A stretch of DNA of 63,680 nucleotides, filler included, from Chrysochromulina tobinii (lineage: Eukaryota): assembly GCA_001275005.1 (NCBI GenBank). It is 5 parts of 5 records of this genome, joined end to end, with 100 filler letters (N's around TTAATTAATTAA, not from the genome) between each part and the next. Parts side by side here need not be neighbours in the genome. Positions count along the whole stretch, not along the records: positions 1 to 25,805 come from JWZX01000938.1; positions 25,906 to 34,358 come from JWZX01000941.1; 3 more parts are not named here. One strand, written 5' to 3'. The notes below the pieces were generated by a model that was not told the DNA's origin, did no database searches, and worked only from the letters and a program-made list of their open reading frames with translations. How positions within the stretch are numbered: position 1 is the stretch's first letter; each line of letters opens with the position of its first letter. This document shows, in pieces, positions 21,106-30,916 of the stretch. A program made the position numbers and the translations under genes.

Positions 21106-23427
21106 ATGCACAGGCAAAGTCCTTCGCGCAGCACCTGCAAGAGATTGAGCAGGAGGCGGCTCGCGCGGCCTCCAGGTGCGCTCACGCCCGATCCCCCAAA
21201 TCCGGGCCGCCCCCAACATCGTGTGAGTCCAACTTGCCATACTCTTGCGCTGCACAGGGTTCGGCAGGCGCACTTGAAGGTGCATAGCGCGCTCGGCGCC
21301 GAGGGGTCCTACGCGGCCAGTCCGTCGCAAACTCCTTTGACCCCGTGGCGCGAGAACGCTCCGAGCGCTCCGAGCACCGCGGCGAGCTCGGCGGCGCAGC
21401 AGCAGCTGGCGGCGGCGCAGCGCGAGACGGTGCGCCTCGGGTGGGATCTGAGCGTGCTGAAGCGCGATCTGCCCGAGCTCGAGGCCGCCGCCGTGCAGAG
21501 CTCGCGCATGCTCGAGGCGTCGCTGTCCCAACAGGAGATGCTGATCAAGGGGCGCGCGCAGGGCGACGCGAACCTCGAAGAGTTGCGCGCGTCGCTGCGG
21601 CAGGCGCGCGCCGAGGCGGCCACGCTGCGCCAGCGCAACGAGCAGCTCGAGCGCGAGGTCGCCACTCTCCGGCAGCAGGGGACGGCGTACGGTGCCGGCG
21701 CTGCGTCGGACGCGAGGTTGCCCAATTTGGACGAGGTGCCTCGAACGCCTCTCACGCGGAGCTCAGCAGCGCGGGGAGGCATGCTCTCGCCGCTCTCGCC
21801 GCTGCTCGTCGGGCTCGACGAGTCCAACGCGAACCGCTCGCGCGGCTCCGCCTACTGGCGGCGCGCGCGCATGTGCCTGCGGATCGCCTCGATCGCCGAC
21901 TACTGGCAAGTGCAGTCGCGCGACGGGCCCGGCGCGGGAGCGCGCATGGGCACGCCGCAGCCGGGGCATCGCAAGCCGCCGATCGCCCCGCCCCCGCCGC
22001 CCTCGGGGCTGCAGGCGTCGCCCGCGCCGCCGCCTCCCGTCGCGTCCGGCGAGGAGGACCTAGGCAACCTTGGACCCCGGCTGCAGGCACTCGCGCGCAA
22101 GGTGGACCACGCCGTCACGGAGGCTGTCGCGTGCACGCTGCTCAAGATCAGCCTTCAGGATGGCAAGGACCCTCTGCCGATGACGGGTAACGAAGAGCCG
22201 CCCAAGACAGCGCTGCCGCTCAGGCGCACCCCGTCGCAATGCGCCGCGCTCGCAGCCGTCGCGGCCACCGAGGCCGCCGCGGCAGAGGTGAGCCACGTGT
22301 CCGATGAGGTGGTGCCCCCCTCGGAACGCGCCTTATGGACGCGCAAGCTTGCGGCGCTCAAGGCGAGCGCGAGCAGCGGCGCGGCGTTCCAGGAGGCGAT
22401 GGTGCACTCGCCCGCGTGGGTCGAGGCCGTCCGCACCTCAAATGAGCGCGTCATCGACCAGAACATGCCGCCGCTCGTGGCGCACCTGCGCACCATCGTC
22501 AAGGATGGCGTGTCCGCCTCCGTGCGCTCGCTGCACGCCAAGGCGACGAGCGGGGCGGGGGCGCCTGACAAGGCGGCGGCCGAGGCGAAGGCGGCCTCCG
22601 TGATGAGCACGCTCGGCGCCGCGGTCGAGAACGTGCAGCAGCAGTTTATGGTCGGGCTTCGTGCCTCGGTACCGCCCTCGACGGCGTCGCAGATGAGCAA
22701 GCACCTGCTCAGCAAGCTCTGTGAGACGGCGGTCAGCATGCGGTGCGATCGGCTGCGCCAACTCACGAGCGCGGATGAGTTGGTTGGGCGCATCTGGGAG
22801 GAGGTCTCGATCGTCCAGAACTTCGTCTCGTCCGTGTCCAAAAAGGGGCCGCAGCCGTGGCTCCTCTCCCTCTGCCTCGAGACCGAGAAGGTGCAACTGC
22901 CCGAGGAGCTGTACGACTTCATCGCGACGCACATCGCGCGCCACCTCGACCCGTACCTCGACGGCGACGTGACGTCGCCCGAGGAGGAGCGAGGCACCTC
23001 GCCCATGTACAAGCTGCTGCTCGAGGCCTACCAGGCCAAGTACGGGCGCGAGCTGCCCGCACCGCCTGAGGTGGTGCTCGCCATGTACGTGAGCTACTGC
23101 ATCATGAAGTCGAACGCGTACCAGTGCTTCGGCGACCTGGTCATGGGGCAGGGGCGGTTACCGCAGCCGGGGCCGCCGCAGGAGCGACACTGCGTCGCGC
23201 TCGGCAAGGCGCTCGAGATCGCCATCGAGAAGGACTTTGGTGTGGCGCACGGCAAGATCCAGGGCGTGCCGATCTCGGCGAATCTGATCCAGGAGATTGC
23301 CAAGGAGCACTCGTCCAAGCTCTTCTACGACCACACCAAGAACGCGGAGCGCCTCGCTGAGGCCAACCGTCTCGGCGAGATTGGACGGAAGGAGGAGATG
23401 AAGCGCATCTTCGGCATCGAGGTCTGA
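21106..23427 (+). CDS. Hypothetical protein with N-terminal coiled coil (5' structure uncertain)
   Basis: 773-aa ORF with heptad-like region, Pro-rich linker and a globular-looking C-terminus. Confidence 0.65.
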   Translation: MHRQSPSRSTCKRLSRRRLARPPGALTPDPPNPGRPQHRVSPTCHTLALHRVRQAHLKVHSALGAEGSYAASPSQTPLTPWRENAPSAPSTAASSAAQQQLAAAQRETVRLGWDLSVLKRDLPELEAAAVQSSRMLEASLSQQEMLIKGRAQGDANLEELRASLRQARAEAATLRQRNEQLEREVATLRQQGTAYGAGAASDARLPNLDEVPRTPLTRSSAARGGMLSPLSPLLVGLDESNANRSRGSAYWRRARMCLRIASIADYWQVQSRDGPGAGARMGTPQPGHRKPPIAPPPPPSGLQASPAPPPPVASGEEDLGNLGPRLQALARKVDHAVTEAVACTLLKISLQDGKDPLPMTGNEEPPKTALPLRRTPSQCAALAAVAATEAAAAEVSHVSDEVVPPSERALWTRKLAALKASASSGAAFQEAMVHSPAWVEAVRTSNERVIDQNMPPLVAHLRTIVKDGVSASVRSLHAKATSGAGAPDKAAAEAKAASVMSTLGAAVENVQQQFMVGLRASVPPSTASQMSKHLLSKLCETAVSMRCDRLRQLTSADELVGRIWEEVSIVQNFVSSVSKKGPQPWLLSLCLETEKVQLPEELYDFIATHIARHLDPYLDGDVTSPEEERGTSPMYKLLLEAYQAKYGRELPAPPEVVLAMYVSYCIMKSNAYQCFGDLVMGQGRLPQPGPPQERHCVALGKALEIAIEKDFGVAHGKIQGVPISANLIQEIAKEHSSKLFYDHTKNAERLAEANRLGEIGRKEEMKRIFGIEV

Positions 23428-24270
23428 GGCCGATGGCAGAGGCGCGACGGCGCTGAGTCCACGCTGGAACGCTAAGGATGGGGACGGGCGCAGGGCGGCC
23501 TCGCTCAGCGCGCGCAGGCCGGGCGCAGGGGGATGGCACGTGCGCGTATAGTATACTGGTGCGTGCCGATTGATGGCAGGCAGCCATCGATCATCATGGA
23601 GTGTGACGTGTTGCCTGTTGTCGCGCGCGCAGCGCATGTCCACCTCATGAGTAACGCGCGAACGGGGGTCGGGGCGGGAAAGGACGTGTGCAAACAGATC
23701 GCGAGTTCACGTGTTGTGTGACATGCCACTCATACTCATAACGAGCCTATTCCCTATATAAAGCGTCCCAACTCCCATTTCAAATCGAATGCCCGCATTT
23801 CCATCCTCTGCTAGAGTGTAGAGACAAGAGAGAGTCTGATCGGTAACTGAACCGAAGAATGTGAATGAACAGTAGCTGCCCCGGTCGCCGGTGCACGCTT
23901 ACCCTTACGCCTTTTTCGCCTTACCACGATACGGAATGTCACACATACGAAAGAATGGTGGCGGGGACCCGCCTGATGCCTAGATTCAAGCCTGAATTGC
24001 GGTGGGGGAATATGAATGGGGATGTCGTATTAGAGGTTGTGGCAGTGCCGCTCGCCGACGTGGCCGTTGGCAGGGTCTCGGCGTTCTGCGCCTGCCGCGG
24101 AGCAAGCAGCAAGGTGATGGCATGCTCGTGTTGCCGCTCAATGGTTGCCGCTGCGAGAGGATCGGAGAGTGGGTACAGCAATTACATCCCTCATCAAGGG
24201 GCGCCGCACAGGGCCACAGCTCGCTCTGTGGGGAAACGAAAAGGTCAGCAATGTTTGCGTGCGTGGGTCC

Positions 24271-25805
24271 ATGAACGACGAGGTCTTCGCGCTCGCAACG
24301 CAGCTGGTCTCGCCCTCGTACGTGGCCCAGGCGCAGCAGGCGCGACGCGCGCGCGAGACCAAGTTCAAGTCGTTGCTCGCGCAGCGCCGGCTGCCCGATA
24401 ATGGCTGGGACGAGGGCACGCTGCGATTGCTTCTCGAGGAGCTCGCGCTCATGGATTCGAATGCGTTCATCGGTAACGCCGGCGTGGGCGAGCGCGAGGC
24501 ACGCATCGCCTGCCCGCTCGTGCGCAGCCGTCACTTTGGCTTCGGCCACGGCATCGGCCGCTCAGGAGACATCGCCGAGGAACAGCCCAAGGCGGCGGGC
24601 TCGTCCCTGCTGTACAAGCTGACCAACTTTCTGGCGGCAGACGCGATCAAGCGAGCGGGCGCGCTCAGCGTCAACGTCAACTGCCTCGTGCTGCCCGTAG
24701 CAACGGGCATGACGGTCACGCTCACGATGCTCGCGCTGCGCGCGATGCGTCCAGCAGCCAAGTACGTCGTGTGGCCACGCATCGACCAGAAGTCGTGCCT
24801 CAAAGCGGTAGCGGCTGCGGGGTGCACGCCGCTCGTTGTCGAGAGCTTGCTCGAAGGCGACGAGCTGCGCACGAACGTGCCGGGCGTGCGCGCGCGCATC
24901 GAGGAGGTGGGAGCCGAACACGTTCTCTGTGTGCTCTCAACTACTTCATGCTTCGCGCCGCGAGGCATCGACAAGCTGCTCGATCTGGGTCGGCTCTGCG
25001 CAGAGATGGGCGTGCCGCACATTGCGAACAATGCGTACGGTGTGCAGTGCACGCAGTGCATGAAGGCCATCGCCGCCGCTTCGAAGCACGGGCGGCTCGA
25101 CGCCTTCATACAGTCGACTGATAAGAACTTTCTAGTGCCCGTGGGTGGGGCGATCTTAGCGTCGTGCTCGGCTGAGTTCGGAGCGGCGCTGATCGCCAAG
25201 GTGAGCGCCACGTACCCGGGGCGAGCCTCAATCGCTCCTATCCTCGACCTGTTCATCACGTTGCTGCATTTGGGCGCGGATGGCTGGGCATCGCTGCTCG
25301 AGCGGCGGCAGCGGCTGCTGCCAATCTTTCGTGAACGCCTCGGGGCTCTCGCGGCCTCGCACGGCGAGCGGCTGCTCGTGACGCCGAACAACTCGATCTC
25401 GATGGCGGTCACGCTCACGAGTGGCGGCGGCGGGCGGAGCGTCACCGCGATGGGCGCGCAGCTCTGGGTGCGGCTCATCTCTGGAGCTCGTATCTGCGCG
25501 CCGGACGCCAAGAAGAAGAGCGTCGCGGGCATCGCCTTCACGAACTACGGCTCGCACTGCGACGCATACCCAGTAGCGTACTTCACAGCGGCATGCGCGC
25601 TGGGCGCGACCGAGGAAGACCTCGACCTTTTCCTCAAGCGCCTCGACAAGACGCTCAAAGAGTGGAAGAAGATGAAGCCCCTCGCTGCGGAGTCTCCTGC
25701 CAAGTGCATTGCAAACGAGCAGAGCGGCGCCCGACCAGCCGAGGGAGCTGAGGCGGCGGCGGGGGCTGAGGGGGCGGCGGAGGCGGCGGTGGCGGCGGGG
25801 GCGGT
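24271..25805 (+). CDS. SEPSECS: O-phosphoseryl-tRNA(Sec) selenium transferase (runs into gap)
   Basis: MDSNAF..GVGEREAR, HGIGRSGDI..QPKAAGSSLL, PVATGM, WPRIDQKSC, TTSCFAPR, HIANNAYG, QSTDKNFLVPVGG, YPGRAS. Confidence 0.97.
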
Positions 25806-25905
25806 NNNNNNNNNNNNNNNNNNNNNNNNNNNNNNNNNNNNNNNNNNNNTTAATTAATTAANNNNNNNNNNNNNNNNNNNNNNNNNNNNNNNNNNNNNNN
25901 NNNNN
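25806..25905. other. Artificial contig linker (N44-TTAATTAATTAA-N44)
   Basis: Six-frame stop linker within Ns; identical at four places. Confidence 0.97.
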
Positions 25906-26177
25906 ATACGTATCCTGATAACAAACCCCCCCAAACTCGATAACAAACCCCCCCGCAGCCGCCAGGAGTGGGCGAAGGGGTATGTGGGTAGCAGCGCGGG
26001 AGCGCCGCCGCCCACCCCTGGGACCTGTTCTGTTGTGTCAACCGTGTGGAGGTCATCCCCTCGTAGTGAGGAAGAGCTCAGTGAGCTACCCGAGTGTGTG
26101 TTGAGTGAACGCCTGGTACGGCGCGCGGAGCGCGGCGTGTCGCCCAAAACAAGACCGCGGCCGTGTGCGGCACCGCG

Positions 26178-27803
26178 ATGAAGCGCGCGAGAACGGAAGC
26201 CTGTGCCGTGGCCACCGTGAGCGTGTTCTCCGGCTCACGCGAGGGCGAGAATGGCTTTGCAGACGGCGCAGCTGCGGATGCGCGCTTCAGAAGTCCTGCA
26301 GGCGTGGCGATCGATGTCGAGGGTAATCTCATCTTGGCGGACAGCGACAACCACTGCATTCGCAAGGTGACGCCGGACGGCACGGTGCGCACGCTTGCCG
26401 GCTCACGCGAGGGCGAGAAAGGCTTTGCAGACGGCGCAGCTGCGGATGCGCGCTTTTATTGGCCTGAAGGCGTGGCGATCGATGCCGAGGGTAATATCAT
26501 CGTGGCCGACAGAAACAACTACTGCATTCGCAAGGTGACGCCGGACGGCACGGTGAGCACCCTCGCCGGCTCACGCGAGGGCGAGGATGGCTTTGCAGAC
26601 GGCGCAGCTGCGGATGCGCGCTTTAATTGGCCTGAAGGCGTGGCGATCGATGCCGAGGGTAATATCATCGTGGCCGACAGCAACAACCACTGCATTCGCA
26701 AGGTGACGCCGGATGGCACGGTGAGCACGCTCGCCGGCTCACGCGAGGGCGAGAATGGCTTTGCAGACGGCGCAGCTGCGGGTGCGCGCTTTAATTGGCC
26801 TGCAGGCGTGGCGATCGATGCCGAGGGTAATCTCGATCGTGGCCGACAGCGGGAACGACTGCATTCGCAAGGTGACGCCGGATGGCACGGTTGCGCTACG
26901 CTCGCCGGCTCACGCGAGGGCGAGGATGGCGTTTGCAGGACGGCGCACGCTGCGGATGCACGCTTCCGTGGTCCTGAAGGCGTGGCGATCGATGCCGAGG
27001 GTAATATCATCGTGGCCGACAGCGGGAACCACTGCATTCGCAAGGTGACGCCGGATGGCACGGTGAGCACCCTCGCCGGCTCGCGCGAGGGCGAGGATGG
27101 CTTTGCAGACGGCGCAGCTGCGGATGCGCGCTTTGATGGCCCTTACAGCGTGGCGATCGATGCCGATGGCAGCGTGCTCGTGGCCGACAACGAAAACCAC
27201 TGCATTCGCAAACTCACTAACTGTGGCCTCACAGGCCGCTGGTGCCCCACCATCGGCCCGCCAACAGTCCTGGAGGACATGCTTCACATGCTAGCGGACG
27301 ACGCGTTTGCGGACGTGACCTTCGAGGTGGAGGGCGCGCGCATCACCGCCCATCGTGCCGTGCTCGTCAGCCGATCCGCGTACTTTCGAGGAATGTTCAT
27401 GTCGCCCTGCCGTGAGACGCGCCCCGGTGCTGTCATCGTAGTTCATGGCACGACGAGCGCCGCGTTTCGCTCACTGCTCGCCTACCTGTATAGTGACTCG
27501 CTCGAGCTGGACGACGACGTCGTGATCGACGTCATGCAAAAGGCGCGCGAGTACCAGCTGACCCGAGCGTTCAACATGTGTGTGCGCTACTGCAGGCTGC
27601 ACGTCCAGAGCACGACAGTGGTGCCATGGCTCGTGACAGCCGACACAGCGCGGCTCGATGAGCTGCGTGAGGCGATGCTGCAACACCTGAGGCGCCACTT
27701 CCGGTCGATACGGGCCGAGGCACCGGAGGCCCTCGCCGCCCTGGTACGTGCGTCGCCCGACCTTGTGCTCGAGGTGATGAACAGGCTGTCCGACCGGCTG
27801 TGA
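26178..27803 (+). CDS. NHL-repeat beta-propeller plus BTB/POZ domain protein
   Basis: About six ~180-bp tandem repeats encoding GFADGAAADARFxxPxGVAIDAEGNIIVADxxNHCIRKVTPDGTVSTLAGS; then FADVTFEVEG..AHRAVLVSRSAYF..F..LLAYLYSD. Confidence 0.92.
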   Translation: MKRARTEACAVATVSVFSGSREGENGFADGAAADARFRSPAGVAIDVEGNLILADSDNHCIRKVTPDGTVRTLAGSREGEKGFADGAAADARFYWPEGVAIDAEGNIIVADRNNYCIRKVTPDGTVSTLAGSREGEDGFADGAAADARFNWPEGVAIDAEGNIIVADSNNHCIRKVTPDGTVSTLAGSREGENGFADGAAAGARFNWPAGVAIDAEGNLDRGRQRERLHSQGDAGWHGCATLAGSREGEDGVCRTAHAADARFRGPEGVAIDAEGNIIVADSGNHCIRKVTPDGTVSTLAGSREGEDGFADGAAADARFDGPYSVAIDADGSVLVADNENHCIRKLTNCGLTGRWCPTIGPPTVLEDMLHMLADDAFADVTFEVEGARITAHRAVLVSRSAYFRGMFMSPCRETRPGAVIVVHGTTSAAFRSLLAYLYSDSLELDDDVVIDVMQKAREYQLTRAFNMCVRYCRLHVQSTTVVPWLVTADTARLDELREAMLQHLRRHFRSIRAEAPEALAALVRASPDLVLEVMNRLSDRL

Positions 27804-28964
27804 ACCGGCTGTAAATGTCATCTCCGGACGTCACACCGAAGAAAAGGGATGTGGATGGCCCGAAGCGTGCGACCGCACCCGGCCACCTCGGGGCCGGCAC
27901 GAGCCATTTCTTGCCTGGGGTCTGAGGCCGGCGAGGGGCTGACCGTGGGTGGTGGCCGAGGCGTGCGACACGTCCGACGCGCGTCGTCGAGCCGACAGCG
28001 ACTTCGACTTCCGGAGATACCGCGTCCGAGATTGTGGACGATTCCTATCTGAGATTGGAGATAGGTGTTTGTAGTCTGTAGTGTCATGTGCGAATCTGGC
28101 CCCACGGTGCACAGCAACGGACAAACGAACCGAGCGACCGAGAAGCGAGAACACGCGATCGGATTTTCAGAAGTGAATGTTACAAGAAGGAACGAGCCTT
28201 TTGCCTCGTCTCCCCGCCGCCTGGGCGCTGCCCAAACGCCAAACCGAACGAACTCACCTTTGGGTCAACGCGTCGCGCTCGCGGACGGTGAACGGTGTTT
28301 TTACTTTGCACGGAATAGTACACGGTGTCAGAGCTCGGACTCGCGATTGCATGAGCCATGACGTCAGGACCCGGAATTGAGTCGAGTGTGTATAGACCCG
28401 ACCCCCGCGGCAGCCCGGCGCACGGTCTCCACCCGTCACATGGATCGGATCGATGGCTCGGCTTCAGTGTGGCTCCATGCAACGCGACGCCGCTCGTTGC
28501 ACGGCCGGGGCGCCCGCCGACTCCACACAGGTCCCTTGCTCTCTTCTCCCCGCGGCCCGCCCGCCCCGCCCCACCCCTTGCTTTCAGCCACACTCGACAC
28601 GCCGCACGCGCGCCATCGCGTTCGGCATCGCCACCGCAGGCCCTCTCTCTGCCCCCCGCGCCTATGATCGGATCGAAATACTGCTCACTGGCTACTCACT
28701 GGCCCCTCACGTGCGATCATTGAGCTATCATTGAGCCAGCCTGCGCATGGCGAATTCCACAGGATCGTCGACTCTGGGCCTCGATCTTGGCCACCCGCAC
28801 CTCCACCAGTGCTAACCAGTGCTCCCCCGCTTCGGCACGCTCCCGATTGTCCGAAAAGGCAGCGGTCGCCGCTGTCCTCGACGTAGAAGACACGTAGAGG
28901 AGTACGCGTGGGCTGAGAGCTTGCACTTTTCCATAGAGGGCATCAAGTCATTGTCAGCCATCTT

Positions 28965-30494
28965 TCAAGGCGTCTTGGGCGGCTTCGGCTCAACGTCCCC
29001 ATTGTTGTGCTGGCCCGCCGGCTTGGGCGAGCCCGGGGGCGAGACGAGGCTGCCTGCGGCCTTGACACCATCGCCCACCTTATCGCCGACGGCCTTGGCG
29101 CCGTTGACCACGCTGTCGCCGACCACCTTGACGCCGTCGCCAACGAGATTGCAGATCGGAGTGACAATCTTCTCATCAATGAAGGTCGCTCCATTGTTTG
29201 CGCCGTCCACGACGGCGGTGCCGACGTAGACTGCGCCGTTGATCGTCGCGGTGCCGACGGCCTTCGCACCGTCGAGAGTTGCGGTGCCGACGTAGGCGGC
29301 GCCGTCCCCAGTCGCCTTGACCCCTCCGACTGTGGCAGCGATGCTAGCATCGACGGCGCCGCCAATAGCGCCGTCGGATTGCTTAGGCCCGGCGCGCATG
29401 ATGACCTTGAACTCGTCGATGCTCATCTTGCCGTCCTTGTTCGTGTCCGCCGCTGCGATCATCTCGCCGATCTTCTGATCGTCCAGGCCATCCGGGTACC
29501 CCTTGGAGTACAGGCTCAGAATGTACGCCTTCATCTCGGCGGTGTTGATCTTGCCGTCCTCGTCCGTGTCCACCTTGGCGAAGGCTGCCTCAAGCCCTTC
29601 GTCCGACTTGTCAATGTTCTCGCCAAACACAGCCTGGAGGCCCGCGGTCACGCCGGTCGCATTTGACGCATGGCGAACGAACTTGCCCGTGGCCTTCACC
29701 CCATCGCCAATGGCCTTGGCGGCTGGAACCACGATCTTCTCATCGATGAAAGTCGCACCGTTCTCGAGTCCAGTGGCCACTGCCTTGGCCCCGTCAACGA
29801 CGGCCGAGCTGACGGCGCTCACGCCGGCCTTCGCACCGTCGAAGGTTGCAGTGCCAACAACTGCAGCGCCGTCTCCGACGGCCTTCACACCGCCCACAGT
29901 GGCACCGACACCAGCATCGACAGCGCCGCCGATGGCCCCGTCCGACTTTTTGGGTCCGGCGCGCATGATGACCTTGAACTCGGACAGGTCGATCTCGCCG
30001 TCGCCATCCGTGTCCGCCGCCGCCATCATCTCGTCGATCACCTGATCCTCGAGGCCCTTCGGGTACATGCTCAGGATGTACGCCTTCATCTCGGCGGCCG
30101 AAAGCTTGCCACTCTTGTCCGTGTCCACTTTTTCAAATGCCGCCTCCAAACCCGCGTCCGACTTGTCGATGCCCTCGCCGAATACAGCCTGGAAACCAGC
30201 TGCCACGCCAAGCGTCTTGAACGTCACATCGAGCCCCGTGCCGATGGCCTTGCCGGTCGGAGCGACGATCTTTTGGTCGACAAAGGTGGCCCCGTTCTCC
30301 AATCCAGTGCCGACAGCCTTGGTACCATCGACCACGGCAGTGCCAACAACCTTGGCACCGCCGACGGTTGCGGCCAGGATCTTCTCGCTGGCCTGCTTCA
30401 TGATACCCTTGGGCGGCTCGGGCGGCGGCTCCGGCGCGGCCGGCGCGGGGGGCGGCGGCTCCGGGGCCTGTGGCTTCGCGTTCTTGGCTCCCAT
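28965..30494 (-). CDS. EF-hand Ca-binding protein with 11-mer amphipathic repeats and a probable N-myristoylation site
   Basis: Four EF loops (DTDKSGKLSAAE, DTDGDGEIDLSE, DTDEDGKINTAE, DTNKDGKMSIDE) in an internal duplication; starts MGAKNAK. Confidence 0.88.
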   Translation of the reverse strand: MGAKNAKPQAPEPPPPAPAAPEPPPEPPKGIMKQASEKILAATVGGAKVVGTAVVDGTKAVGTGLENGATFVDQKIVAPTGKAIGTGLDVTFKTLGVAAGFQAVFGEGIDKSDAGLEAAFEKVDTDKSGKLSAAEMKAYILSMYPKGLEDQVIDEMMAAADTDGDGEIDLSEFKVIMRAGPKKSDGAIGGAVDAGVGATVGGVKAVGDGAAVVGTATFDGAKAGVSAVSSAVVDGAKAVATGLENGATFIDEKIVVPAAKAIGDGVKATGKFVRHASNATGVTAGLQAVFGENIDKSDEGLEAAFAKVDTDEDGKINTAEMKAYILSLYSKGYPDGLDDQKIGEMIAAADTNKDGKMSIDEFKVIMRAGPKQSDGAIGGAVDASIAATVGGVKATGDGAAYVGTATLDGAKAVGTATINGAVYVGTAVVDGANNGATFIDEKIVTPICNLVGDGVKVVGDSVVNGAKAVGDKVGDGVKAAGSLVSPPGSPKPAGQHNNGDVEPKPPKTP

Positions 30495-30916
30495 TGTGCG
30501 ATGGTGTGTGTGGAGAAGGTTTGTTTCGACATAGGATTCCTATTCGCCGATCTAAGATAGGCGTCTGAACGGATGGACTTATCACTTTCGACTGATTGCA
30601 TGCAATGAGCTACAAGTTACGACTAAGGTATGAATTGCGAAACAATAGAGATTTTTCTTGTGGTCACGAGTGGTGTACTCAATCTCGGTCGGGGTTCGGT
30701 TCTTGGCGCCCTCGGTCGCTGCGAACAGTCTCGTCCGGCGTGAGCGGGGCTGCGGTCCTTGGACTTCGCCTCTAGGAATTACTGGTCTCTCTTCTAACAT
30801 GTATGTACTTCCGTAGCCCAGTTGATAAAGGATGTTACCGGTAATAAAGGTCGTTGAGGAATGCCTCACTGAATTGGAAACGTGCGGGTCCATTGCCACG
30901 TCATACTGGTCTACCG

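Noticed and set aside
24271..25805. Selenoprotein cluster or SECIS around SepSecS
   Set aside because: No in-frame TGA at a redox motif and no convincing SECIS found by eye in neighbouring genes.
25850..25861. TTAATTAATTAA as a biological motif, or gene linkage across gaps
   Set aside because: Identical artificial six-frame stop linker at all four gaps.
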